Both the position numbers and the translations under genes were made by a program. Positions 1 to 9,721 of a stretch of DNA of 35,849 bases are shown piece after piece (within the stretch, counting starts at the first letter, position 1; each line of letters begins with the position of its first letter). A model generated the notes under the pieces. The model saw only the letters and a list, made by a program, of their open reading frames with translations, did not search any database and was not told where the DNA came from. The stretch is from a virus (lineage: Duplodnaviria; Caudoviricetes), in the IMG/VR virus record IMGVR_UViG_3300020045_003075, positions 1-35,849 of that record, one strand, 5' to 3'.

Positions 1-121
1 TCTGGTGTATTCATTATATCAACCTCTTTAATATTAACAATATATTATGTAACTATAGGAAATTCATATTCACCACGTTCTTGAAAAGTTGTGTCATCAT
101 CGTCTGGAAATATTCTATGAA
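1..121. repeat. Terminal direct repeat, copy 1 (121 bp); circular assembly overlap
   Basis: tctggtgtattc...ttctatgaa at 1-121 is identical to 35729-35849, and gene order continues across the junction. Confidence 0.95.
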
Positions 122-986
122 AATCGAATGAAGGCAGCACATGAGCATTTCTTCCAGCAGGATATGTTAAACCAGGTTGTGGATTACCATCAAAATCAAC
201 ATCACCAGGATATTGACCAGTTAATGGATCAGTTATAGCAACAACTTGGTCCCAACCTAAATCATTTACTTGAAATTCAAATGTGCATACATATATATGC
301 TTTTTATCATCATCTCTATCAGGATCAGTGTCTAAACCTTTTATAGTTATACCAGATATTTTAGCTGTTCTTGGAGGAAATCCTTTCCATGCTTCTTCAT
401 TTACATAACTTATGAAACCTGCTGCTGCTTCTGGATATTTCATTTCCTTTATTAAATTTAATGAAAATGTAAATACTGCTACATCTTTTTGTATAGTTCC
501 ATTTGCAGATATTATTTCAAGAGGTCTAGATGGATGATTAGCAGGATATTGATATTGAAAAAGTAGCGGAACAGCATAAATATCAGTTAATGATTCTCTT
601 GAATAAGCACCAGCACTAAAATTATAGAATCCCTCAAAATCTGGATCATTCATTGCTTGACCATATGATATTATATCAAATGTTATACCCCATAACCATC
701 CAAATCCTTGGTCTTCACATCTTGCATTGAAATTAACTGGTACTCTTGATAATAATGTATATGAATCTACTCCGTAATCTAAATCTGAATCATGAAATAA
801 CTTTCTCCATACATATTCCTTACCTATTTCCAATGCACGAACTGCGCCAAAACATCTACAACGGAATAAATACTTTCGATTTGTTATAAGTGTAATACCA
901 GGATCAGATGCTTCTGATTCAGGAACTTGTATATGATGTAGTTCTTCATATGATTCTAAAGTCATATCGTCCCAAAAGTTAGACAT
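45..986 (-). CDS. Putative virion tail protein directly downstream of tape measure (distal-tail position)
   Basis: 313 aa; GGAGG SD; starts 3 nt after the tape-measure stop; acidic and aromatic-rich. Function from synteny only. Confidence 0.55.
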   Translation of the reverse strand: MSNFWDDMTLESYEELHHIQVPESEASDPGITLITNRKYLFRCRCFGAVRALEIGKEYVWRKLFHDSDLDYGVDSYTLLSRVPVNFNARCEDQGFGWLWGITFDIISYGQAMNDPDFEGFYNFSAGAYSRESLTDIYAVPLLFQYQYPANHPSRPLEIISANGTIQKDVAVFTFSLNLIKEMKYPEAAAGFISYVNEEAWKGFPPRTAKISGITIKGLDTDPDRDDDKKHIYVCTFEFQVNDLGWDQVVAITDPLTGQYPGDVDFDGNPQPGLTYPAGRNAHVLPSFDFHRIFPDDDDTTFQERGEYEFPIVT

Positions 987-989
987 AAA

Positions 990-3299
990 TTAACCTCCTT
1001 GTAATACTAATCCTGGTGAATTATAAATAATATTATTCATCTGAGATTGAAGTTCATTATTTTGTTCCATAAGCATAACTAATTTTTGTTCTGCTTCCAA
1101 TATACCTTGTTGTCTAGCTTCTTCTGGAGAAAGAGATTGAGGTCTCTGAATCTTTCCAAACATTTGATTAGCAAGATTACCTACCATTTGTTTTTCAATA
1201 AAATCAACTGGTCTCTTAGTTTCTGCTTTATTTAAAGTTGTTTGTCTTTTATATCTTTCCCAATCTGCTTCCCATATCATATTAGATAATTCTGTAATTT
1301 GATTTAAATTATTATTAAATTGATCAGATATTTGTTCAAACTTCTTTTTAATTATATTACCAAGACCTTCAACAAATTCTTCATACCATGTTGATGTTTC
1401 TTCAACTGTTTCTTCAATATTTTGTAAAGCCATATTAAAAGCATTAAATGTAGATTCATTTATATCTTCATTCATAAATGCAATATCAACATATTTCTTA
1501 AATCTTTCTTTTTCCATATCGGTCATTCCTTTGATATCTTCAATGGTTTTATCAAAGAAACTACCAAATGCCAATAATAATTCATCTGATTCAAATTGAA
1601 GTCGCAAACCAGTAAATAAATCTCCAAAATCACCTGTACCATCTGTTTTTAATTTAGATTTTTGATCTTCAATATTCTTACCAACATCTTTAAAATTCTT
1701 TAAAGTATCAAGAAAATCATTCATTAAACCTTTTTCAGGTAAGAATTGTTTTAATAAATCATCTTTTATACCAGTTAATGCTTCTACAAGACCTTTTTCA
1801 GCATCTAAACGTTGTTTATAATATTCTTCTATCTCTTTTGCTATACCTTCATTATAAATATCTGCTTCTCTTTGAAGTCTATTATATTTCATTTCTTCAG
1901 TTTCAAATCTAAGAATAAATCCTTCTACCCAATCATCTAATTTAGAAAATGCATCTATTAAAAGAGATGGATATTTTTTAAGAAAATCAAATACGTCTGA
2001 TATAAAATTTATTGTTGATTTAAATATTGAAAATTGCGAAATCCAATCTCTAAATATTATTATAGCACCAGTTAATAATGCATTAAAACCTCTGAATGCG
2101 CCTCTTATTACTTGTATTGCAGCAAAAAATAAACCTATAGCAGTAGCAATATTCATTAAAGGAATTAATAAAAATTTGAATCCAGCTGTTAATTTCGCAA
2201 ATATTCCAACAGAAGAAGAAAAAATTATAGAAAATGTTCTTAGATTTACTTTTAAATTATCTATAATTGATATAATAGGAGTTATTGCTCTTTGAAACAT
2301 TGTTAATTGAGGTAAATTGGATGTTATAGCAGACCCAGTAGCACCACCAATTTGATTAGCAATTGCAGAACCTGCTAATCTATTTCTTATTGATGATGTT
2401 CCAATAAGAGAACCAGCTGCTGAACCTATTCCAGAACCAATAGCTGTACCTGCTACACCACTTACACCTCTAAATGCTCCATAACCTACTAAACCAGTAC
2501 TGGCAACGGCAAATGTATCAGCTAATCTTGGATTTTCATCAGCTATTTTTATTATAACTTCCAATAATTTATTTAATGATTGTATAAGTGGGCTCAATAC
2601 TTTATTTATAGATTCACCCCAACTTGCAAATAATTCTTTAGAATTTGCTCTTAATCTTTTCATTTGATTGGTTAATGAATCTGAAGTACGAACCATATCC
2701 CCAGTATCATTAATAAATGCCTCTCTTATTAATGACATTCTAGCTTCAACTTTCATCTGTTCTGTCAATTCATCTTTTGTTTTTGCTAAACCAAGATTAA
2801 ATGCTCGTTGTTCGACATCTGCAACTCTAATTACAACACCAAATCTCTTTAACATCTCCATTTCACCAGTCATTGCATTTTGTAATGCTAAAAATACACT
2901 TTCTGGATCTTGATTACGAAATGATGATATATCAAATGTTAAATTTGTTAGTTCTTTTGATAAATCTACTGCTGCTCTTTCTGATAAACCTAATGCTTCT
3001 GTAACACTTTTAAAGTTACCAGCAAATTTCATAATCTCTTCAGAACCCATTCCTAGATTATTTCTTATTGTTTTAACCCATTTTTCCATTTCAACTTTAT
3101 TATTTTTGAATACAACGTTGAATAAATTGGTTGTTTCTTCGAGTGATGCAAAAGATGACACCGCCTTTTTCATTCCTACAACTATACCGGCGGCTAATCC
3201 TGCAAAAGCAGCATCTATTTTATTAATTCTACCGATAAAATCTCTATCATTTACTTGTACGTCAGCAGATAGAGTTCCTAAACTATAAGACGGTGCCAT
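990..3299 (-). CDS. Tail tape measure protein
   Basis: 769 aa, helical; N-terminal LGTLSADVQVN; core with ESVFLALQNAMTGEMEMLKRFGV; hydrophobic Gly/Ala middle; follows the frameshifted chaperone pair. Confidence 0.92.
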   Translation of the reverse strand: MAPSYSLGTLSADVQVNDRDFIGRINKIDAAFAGLAAGIVVGMKKAVSSFASLEETTNLFNVVFKNNKVEMEKWVKTIRNNLGMGSEEIMKFAGNFKSVTEALGLSERAAVDLSKELTNLTFDISSFRNQDPESVFLALQNAMTGEMEMLKRFGVVIRVADVEQRAFNLGLAKTKDELTEQMKVEARMSLIREAFINDTGDMVRTSDSLTNQMKRLRANSKELFASWGESINKVLSPLIQSLNKLLEVIIKIADENPRLADTFAVASTGLVGYGAFRGVSGVAGTAIGSGIGSAAGSLIGTSSIRNRLAGSAIANQIGGATGSAITSNLPQLTMFQRAITPIISIIDNLKVNLRTFSIIFSSSVGIFAKLTAGFKFLLIPLMNIATAIGLFFAAIQVIRGAFRGFNALLTGAIIIFRDWISQFSIFKSTINFISDVFDFLKKYPSLLIDAFSKLDDWVEGFILRFETEEMKYNRLQREADIYNEGIAKEIEEYYKQRLDAEKGLVEALTGIKDDLLKQFLPEKGLMNDFLDTLKNFKDVGKNIEDQKSKLKTDGTGDFGDLFTGLRLQFESDELLLAFGSFFDKTIEDIKGMTDMEKERFKKYVDIAFMNEDINESTFNAFNMALQNIEETVEETSTWYEEFVEGLGNIIKKKFEQISDQFNNNLNQITELSNMIWEADWERYKRQTTLNKAETKRPVDFIEKQMVGNLANQMFGKIQRPQSLSPEEARQQGILEAEQKLVMLMEQNNELQSQMNNIIYNSPGLVLQGG

Positions 3300-3318
3300 A
3301 TTTCAATTCCTTATTCAG

Positions 3319-3686
3319 TTATTTTCCAGATATCTTAGCTTTTATTAACATCATATGCTTTTTATATTCTTCTACACTGCTCCAACCATATTCATAATCA
3401 AATTCTTTTTTATCTAATTGTTTTTCTTCATCATAATTAAACATATCAAATATATCATTCGTCAATATCTTACTTTCTGAAGCAGATTTTAGAGCTGCTT
3501 CCCAACCTTTTTGATCTGAAAATGACAAATTAGATATTAAACTGGTTGTTTGTATATCTTTTAACATAGATATTACAGAAATAGAAGACCATAATTCAAA
3601 ATCTCTTGTATCGAGATTCAATAATTCATTATATGAAAACAAACCTGGAAATGCTTTTGCTATATTTGCTATAGCAATTAGTCGTT
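3319..3686 (-). CDS. Tail assembly chaperone, -1 frameshift extension (gpT-like part of a gpGT fusion)
   Basis: The frame of ORF 3319..3642 is open upstream to the slippery site (KKRLIAIANIAKAFPGLFSYNELL...); its TTG start has no clear SD. Confidence 0.8.
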
Positions 3687-3992
3687 TTTTTCCTCCGCAT
3701 CCATTTTATCTTTCTTATTTTTTATTGGAGCGAATAATGTTTCAGATATCCATTCAGATAAAAGAAGAACTTCTACTGGATTAAATGGTTTATTTGCATC
3801 AAATTCTTTCTTTCCAATCAATGAAATAACCACATCATCCAATGTTTTTTCATTTTCTACCTTAATATTTGATATTGCTTTGAGAAGATTATTATCTACT
3901 TTATCTTTAGTATATACTTTACCACCCAATTCAAAATCAAATTCACCAAATACACTCTTGTTTTCATCACTTGGTACATAAGATACTTTCAT
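3678..3992 (-). CDS. Tail assembly chaperone (gpG-like)
   Basis: 104 aa between major tail and tape measure; GAGAGG SD; ends GAG GAA AAA AAC GAC TAA. Confidence 0.8.
   Translation of the reverse strand: MKVSYVPSDENKSVFGEFDFELGGKVYTKDKVDNNLLKAISNIKVENEKTLDDVVISLIGKKEFDANKPFNPVEVLLLSEWISETLFAPIKNKKDKMDAEEKND
3684..3690 (-). other. Programmed -1 ribosomal frameshift slippery heptamer A AAA AAC
   Basis: X XXY YYZ pattern in the correct phase just before the gpG stop; the -1 frame joins the downstream 107-aa ORF. Confidence 0.82.
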
Positions 3993-4042
3993 TTTACTTT
4001 CCTCTCTGGTTAATTATTACATCTTATCTATTAATTACAATG

Positions 4043-4051
4043 TTTTGTCCT
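4043..4051 (-). promoter_or_regulatory. AGGACAAAA motif upstream of tail chaperone
   Basis: Exact copy of the recurrent motif, just downstream of a terminator. Confidence 0.6.
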
Positions 4052-4073
4052 GACATTTTTATTATATAAATAT

Positions 4074-4106
4074 AAAAAAATGGATGGTACTTTGAAATAC
4101 CACCCA
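4074..4106 (-). terminator. Rho-independent terminator after major tail gene
   Basis: TGGGTGGTA-tttcaaag-TACCATCCA followed by T7 on the minus strand. Confidence 0.8.
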
Positions 4107-4138
4107 AATTTATTATTTACTAGTTGTTGTTTATCTAT

Positions 4139-4645
4139 TTAAGTACCAACTTGACCAAAATACAACATAGAAAAGTCATTATTTCTTGGATCATATGGGA
4201 GAACATTATATTCTACAGTCCATATTCTCTGATTACTCAATGAAAATTCTACATTAAAAGCAGGTTTAGCAAGTACAACAGGTGCATAAATAGCCAGTGT
4301 ATCATCTTGAGATACTTCACCACATATAATTGGACGTAAAACTATTCCAATCGTATCATCACGTGCGTTACAGCCAATTGGAAGAGTAACTGCATTACCA
4401 TCCACTGAAGGAAATAATGCAAGTATTTGTTCCATTGTTAATTCTGTATAATTTGCTGTGATAGTACAAGACATTCCTGTGTAATACATATCACGTGCAA
4501 CTTCACCCGTAATGTCAGCTAAACTATCAAGTGTGGTAAACTCAAAAGACATAGTTACACCACCCTGAGTAGGTCCCATTGTGGTTTCAACTTCGTCTAT
4601 TATATGATAAACCTGAACTGGTCCAGCATTTATTACGTTTGCCAT
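4139..4645 (-). CDS. Major tail (tube) protein
   Basis: GPTQGGVTMSF...ITANYTELTMEQI...FSLSNQRIWTVEY is typical of tail tubes; start moved to ATG 4645 behind a GGAGGA SD; upstream of chaperones and tape measure. Confidence 0.85.
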   Translation of the reverse strand: MANVINAGPVQVYHIIDEVETTMGPTQGGVTMSFEFTTLDSLADITGEVARDMYYTGMSCTITANYTELTMEQILALFPSVDGNAVTLPIGCNARDDTIGIVLRPIICGEVSQDDTLAIYAPVVLAKPAFNVEFSLSNQRIWTVEYNVLPYDPRNNDFSMLYFGQVGT

Positions 4646-4739
4646 TCTAAATCCTCCAAACATATTGGATTTAATTGAAAAAACTAAGAATACGCTAACT
4701 ATTATTTAAATAATTAGTAAAATCGTTTAAGAACTATTA

Positions 4740-4748
4740 TTTTGTCCT
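4740..4748 (-). promoter_or_regulatory. AGGACAAAA motif upstream of major tail gene
   Basis: Exact intergenic copy. Confidence 0.6.
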
Positions 4749-4752
4749 GTAT

Positions 4753-5148
4753 TTATTTCATAATACTAGATATACTGACATAATTACCATCAATAAAACC
4801 CCATCTTGATAATGTTGGTCTAATATCTACATGAATTATTCCAGTATCATATAAACCTATACCACCAAACTTAAATCTTTGTATTTTTAATGTATATTCA
4901 TACATCTCTTTTACTGTCAAACCTTCTATTATTATATCTGCTGCCATACCTTTACAATGATAAGAATTTGGGTTTCTAATAGATTCTGGATGTTTTTTAC
5001 ATCTATAACCACTTGTTATTATAATAGGTCGTTGTACTATATCTCTTAATTCCTGTAATGAACTAACTAAATCGGGTTTAACTATTAGATTATTACAATG
5101 TTTACATCTAAATTCAGATTTAGAAAAATTATATGATAAATCACCCAT
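4753..5148 (-). CDS. Peptidase M15A-family Zn peptidase, probable endolysin
   Basis: NFSKSEFRCK, ITSGYRC, SYHCKGMAADI, GGIGLY and IHVDIR motifs. Confidence 0.9.
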   Translation of the reverse strand: MGDLSYNFSKSEFRCKHCNNLIVKPDLVSSLQELRDIVQRPIIITSGYRCKKHPESIRNPNSYHCKGMAADIIIEGLTVKEMYEYTLKIQRFKFGGIGLYDTGIIHVDIRPTLSRWGFIDGNYVSISSIMK

Positions 5149-6857
5149 TAATTCTCTCCTTTTTTACAATATTTCTCTGTTATAAGTCTATCAAACAATT
5201 CATAATGCTGTTTCACATAGTTTAATTGTGTAAATTGTTTATATTTTATTGTTTTTCTCATCTTCTCATTATATATATTCTTTAATATTCTGATTAATGA
5301 TTGAATATCTTTTGGATTATATGTTATTAAATCTTTCTTAAAATCATCAGCCATTCCAACTCCATCTGGTGTTATAATTGTTTTACCTAAAGCTAATGAT
5401 TCCAATATCATCATTGGTCCACCTTCGATTAATCCAGTAGATAAAACAACATCACATGCTTGATATTGTAATAATAATTCATCTTTATTCAGTTTACCTT
5501 CACTACTATAACAATTTAACCAGTCTAATTTAGAAATGATATCCCAAATATACGAACCTTTTCTTGCACCTCTATCATGTAACCATGCTGGGCAAAATAC
5601 TCTTAGTCTGTCATCAAAATACATATCATCTATACCAACGAATATTAATGATGTTTTATCAGAAGAAATACCATATTGAATAGCTTCTTTTTGATATTTA
5701 CTACACATAAACACATTATGATCCGCTTCTTTTATGGTTGGTAAAAATGATTTATCATCTGGATGTGGAGAGAATAATACATCTATAGCTTTGTTACATT
5801 TTCTAATTCTATTATCTTTCTTAAATAAATGCCATACTATATAATAATTAATAGTATTATCTTCATCAACAGGATCTGTACTTTTTGTTATTTTAATATT
5901 ATCTGGAGCATTTCTTATTAAAGAATCTAATAATTCACCTATTGCACCACCATAACCATTCATTATAACAAAATTTACTGAATATTTATAATCTTTTTCA
6001 TCGATTTGTGTAAGAAACGGTAATTCATGTCCAACATCAAATTTTATTTTCTTATATAAGGTTTCTAATCTATTTGTATCTACCCATATTTTCTTAAATT
6101 CATCTTTTCCGATTTGTAATAGATCTGAAACCTGCTTTTGATTCTGATTCATAACAAAACCATCACATCTATGAAATGTTCTGACTGGCACTACAACAGT
6201 TTTTAATCCTTTTTCCCAACCTCTTAAGCAATAATCTGGATCTATAAAATAATGTGTATAATTTGTATCAAATCTTAAACTAGTCTTCTTAATTAGAGCT
6301 GTACATGTGCCTATACTTGATACTTTTCGTATATTATTATCACCTTTAATGAATTTAGTATTACAATCATAATCTATTACTGCACCAGATCCACTCTCTA
6401 TCTTATCACTATACCATATATTTGTACCTATAACATGAACATTATCTATAGTTGTAGCATTAATCATGGTTTGTAGCCAATTATTATTCTCAAAATATAC
6501 ATCATCATCCAGAACTAATAACCAATCGTTACATTCGTCTAATGCTTTATTAAATTCTACTGTATTTTTAAAGTCTTTAAACCAATGATTATTTCTAATA
6601 ATTAAATTATAATCTATACCTTTCGTTGTTTCTTTAAATGTAGATAAACATTTCTTAAATCTATCAGTATTTTCATCTGGGGTACAAATTAATACATCTA
6701 ACTTTATTTTAATTGGAGAATTATCTACTATTTTATTTCTATTTCTATTTCTGATACTATTATTTCTAATATTATTATTCTTTATTGTATTATTATGTGT
6801 TGGTTTTTTTCTTATATTTTCCATATTAACTACATTTCTAGTATAAATCCCTCTCAT
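5148..6857 (-). CDS. Bifunctional glycosyltransferase (GT2-like GT-A plus GT4-like GT-B)
   Basis: N-half: NKAL..WLLVLDDDV and DPDYCLRGWEKG. C-half: RKG and YQACDVVLSTGLIEGGPMMILESLALGKTII (EX7E). Confidence 0.88.
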   Translation of the reverse strand: MRGIYTRNVVNMENIRKKPTHNNTIKNNNIRNNSIRNRNRNKIVDNSPIKIKLDVLICTPDENTDRFKKCLSTFKETTKGIDYNLIIRNNHWFKDFKNTVEFNKALDECNDWLLVLDDDVYFENNNWLQTMINATTIDNVHVIGTNIWYSDKIESGSGAVIDYDCNTKFIKGDNNIRKVSSIGTCTALIKKTSLRFDTNYTHYFIDPDYCLRGWEKGLKTVVVPVRTFHRCDGFVMNQNQKQVSDLLQIGKDEFKKIWVDTNRLETLYKKIKFDVGHELPFLTQIDEKDYKYSVNFVIMNGYGGAIGELLDSLIRNAPDNIKITKSTDPVDEDNTINYYIVWHLFKKDNRIRKCNKAIDVLFSPHPDDKSFLPTIKEADHNVFMCSKYQKEAIQYGISSDKTSLIFVGIDDMYFDDRLRVFCPAWLHDRGARKGSYIWDIISKLDWLNCYSSEGKLNKDELLLQYQACDVVLSTGLIEGGPMMILESLALGKTIITPDGVGMADDFKKDLITYNPKDIQSLIRILKNIYNEKMRKTIKYKQFTQLNYVKQHYELFDRLITEKYCKKGEN

Positions 6858-6867
6858 ATATTATCTC

Positions 6868-8982
6868 CTACTCGAATACTCTTAGTTTTGGATATGTTTC
6901 ATTCTCTGTTATAGACCATGAATATGTAAAATCCCAGTTATTAAATGAATTTTCTTGTTTCATTTCTATAGTTGTTAAACCAATTTCATCACCAGCAGAA
7001 GTTAATCTACCAGAAGTTTGAGTATCCCAATAACAATTTGATTGAACACTTCCAGAATCTACTGAACCGATAAAACCATTTATATTTAAATCACTACCAG
7101 ACAAATCTTCAATTAATCCAATAGAATAACAATTTAAAGTATAACCAACTGAATATCCAATTAATCCACCGCAATCTTCATTAGCAGATACAATACATTC
7201 TGAATATGAATTACTTGTTTGAGCTAATTCTCCACCAGATGGATTAGAACCTATTAAACCACCTACTGTACCACTTGATAAAGAAGATACTGAACCAGTT
7301 GTATAACAATTTGATACATATGTTTCACCAATTACTCCACCAACTAGACCACCTACACCAGCTAAACCTATAATATTTATATTTTCAACAGCTAAATCAA
7401 ATACTTTTCCATCATATAAAACACCAAATAATCCAACACCTAATCCTGTTTGAAATGTTTGTCTATCAAATGATAAATTATCAACTTTATAACCAGAACC
7501 ATCAAATATATATTTATACGATTCTGTTACTATTTCTGGACCTAATGTGTCTGAAACAAATCCAATTGGTGTAAAATCATCTATATCACTTAAATCTACA
7601 TCATTTCTAAGAACATAATTCTTATTTACTCCCCAAAATATCTGATCTCCTAATGACTGAAACGCATTTAACTTATTTAATTCACTACCTTTAGTTATTG
7701 GATAGAATGTTGGATGAGTACCTATTCCAGTTAATCTTGGATAAGAATATAACGGATGTAATGACCATATATTTGTGAAGTCCCAATCTACAAATGTATT
7801 TTGGAATGATAATTCATATGTTGTTTTACCTGTTCCCATATCTGAATTATTTTGATATGATGTATCTGTATCCCAATAATTATTTGTGTCAACATAATAA
7901 CTACCGGTTGAACCTACTAAACCACCTAAATTGGTTCCTGAACCAGCTACTCCACCATATGAAAATGAATTTTCAACTTCACCAGCACAAAAACCGATTA
8001 ATCCACCACCATTATTTACATAACATTCAATATCTGCTCCACTCCATGAATTACATACAAATGCATTTGCAAAATCATTTGGTATACTACCAACTAATCC
8101 ACCAACAGCAGTATTTCCATACACTTCACCCATTGATGCACAATTTAATACTCTTGTTCTACCTGCTGCAACACCAATAAGTAAAGCAACTGCTTCATCT
8201 CCAATAACATATCCATTTACTTGTATATTTTCTATAGTAGCTCCTAAACATATTCTAAATAATGCACATGGTAAATAAGTTGGTCTATTAATATATATAT
8301 TATATACAATATAACCATTTCCTTGGAAAATACCAGAAAATTCAAGACCTAATCTACCAATTGGTTCAAAACCATCACCATTATTCCAATTATAAGTATC
8401 AGATGCATCAATATCATTCATTAACCAATAATTACCATTAGATGGATATCCAATATTATTACCTATTAATTGAATTTCTTCTATTGTATATATTGGTATA
8501 TAGCCTTCTGGCCATGGATTTACAGATATTAATCGTCTATGAGCAAGGAATGTTATATTAATTACAAATACAAAATTGGCTTTTTCATCTCTTGCAACAA
8601 AGAATGGAGGATCTGCTTGTATACCTGCTATTAAATATTCATAATTTTCATCTTCTACATCAGGAACTAATGCACCTTTTATATTATAGAATGAATTATA
8701 TATTGTTTTTGCATAATCTCTAACTTCAAAATATTCTTCGCCTATAAATCTTAGTTGAAAATTCCAAACAGCATGAGTATTAAGGTAATAATTCTGTTCA
8801 GGAGCTACATTTTGTAATAAAACTGTTTTTATATTCAGAATAGAAGTAGTTGAATCAATAACTTCATATCGAAAAGTTTTGTCCGGGCAATATCCTATAA
8901 AATAATTATCACCTCTAATTAGATATGGTTCATCTAAATTATCACATGGATTAATAATCCATGTTCCAAATGATTCTAGCAT
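6868..8982 (-). CDS. Tail-terminator-like (phage minor capsid family) domain fused to two GLUG-motif modules
   Basis: First ~150 aa: FIGYCPD, FQLRFIG..Y, IQADPPFFVARDEKANFVFVIN. Then two modules with NYxLxNDID..F.PIG..F.G.GY, repeated VGGLVG and NxYWDTxTS..W.F..W....YP.L. Confidence 0.75.
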   Translation of the reverse strand: MLESFGTWIINPCDNLDEPYLIRGDNYFIGYCPDKTFRYEVIDSTTSILNIKTVLLQNVAPEQNYYLNTHAVWNFQLRFIGEEYFEVRDYAKTIYNSFYNIKGALVPDVEDENYEYLIAGIQADPPFFVARDEKANFVFVINITFLAHRRLISVNPWPEGYIPIYTIEEIQLIGNNIGYPSNGNYWLMNDIDASDTYNWNNGDGFEPIGRLGLEFSGIFQGNGYIVYNIYINRPTYLPCALFRICLGATIENIQVNGYVIGDEAVALLIGVAAGRTRVLNCASMGEVYGNTAVGGLVGSIPNDFANAFVCNSWSGADIECYVNNGGGLIGFCAGEVENSFSYGGVAGSGTNLGGLVGSTGSYYVDTNNYWDTDTSYQNNSDMGTGKTTYELSFQNTFVDWDFTNIWSLHPLYSYPRLTGIGTHPTFYPITKGSELNKLNAFQSLGDQIFWGVNKNYVLRNDVDLSDIDDFTPIGFVSDTLGPEIVTESYKYIFDGSGYKVDNLSFDRQTFQTGLGVGLFGVLYDGKVFDLAVENINIIGLAGVGGLVGGVIGETYVSNCYTTGSVSSLSSGTVGGLIGSNPSGGELAQTSNSYSECIVSANEDCGGLIGYSVGYTLNCYSIGLIEDLSGSDLNINGFIGSVDSGSVQSNCYWDTQTSGRLTSAGDEIGLTTIEMKQENSFNNWDFTYSWSITENETYPKLRVFE

Positions 8983-9710
8983 TATATGTACTCCTTTAAT
9001 TTATCTGGCTGAAAAATAGCCATAGTTATAAAAAATTCAGATATTAATTGTCTTATTTCTTTACTATTTTTTCTTGAATTTATTCTCTTTTGAATAGTTT
9101 CTTCATATTGTTTCTTTCCTAAATTAGCAATTCTTAGTTTTTCTTTTACTTCGTTTGGACAAGGTTTCCCTAATTTGGATTGTCTTATTTTTTCTATAAC
9201 TTCTTGTGGATGATGTTTACCTAAATTAGGAGCTGGTTTACCTTTCATAGGTCTAGCATTATTTATACTTATTTTTAATTTAGTTTCTTCTGATCTTCTC
9301 AATCCTGTATGACTTTTTGACATTTTTTTCTTAGCTTCATCATTATGAGTATAACCACTAGTTCCATCACCACCATCTGTTAAATTAGTTAATGGTCCAA
9401 GATTCATATCGTCTCTACCTATCTGTCTAATCAAAAATATTTCTGTCTCTAAAGCTTGTTCTTCATATAGATTTTCAAATAATTTTATAATTATTGGTTT
9501 TGAACCAGTTTCTTTAATTATTTTCTTAATTTTATTAGATTTTTTTAATTTATCATTCAGGTTACATGACATAAAATGATCATAACATCTACTACCATGA
9601 CCTTTACCAACATAGAATGGTTCATAATCGCACTGTATTGACCCATATTGAAAGTTACCAGGTTTTCTGGGGTCTAATAGGGCGTAAATATAAAATTGAT
9701 TGTGGGTCAT
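8982..9710 (-). CDS. Free-standing GIY-YIG homing endonuclease with NUMOD3 repeats (copy A)
   Basis: FYIYALLDPR..PFYVGKG..R; E..LI..IGR; LTNLTDGGDG; repeated H/RSEETKxKIS motifs. Confidence 0.88.
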   Translation of the reverse strand: MTHNQFYIYALLDPRKPGNFQYGSIQCDYEPFYVGKGHGSRCYDHFMSCNLNDKLKKSNKIKKIIKETGSKPIIIKLFENLYEEQALETEIFLIRQIGRDDMNLGPLTNLTDGGDGTSGYTHNDEAKKKMSKSHTGLRRSEETKLKISINNARPMKGKPAPNLGKHHPQEVIEKIRQSKLGKPCPNEVKEKLRIANLGKKQYEETIQKRINSRKNSKEIRQLISEFFITMAIFQPDKLKEYI

Positions 9711-9721
9711 TTAAATAGCTC

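Noticed and set aside
8982-9721. Group I intron around either GIY-YIG gene
   Set aside because: Flanking genes are intact and abut the ORFs, leaving no space for a ribozyme core.
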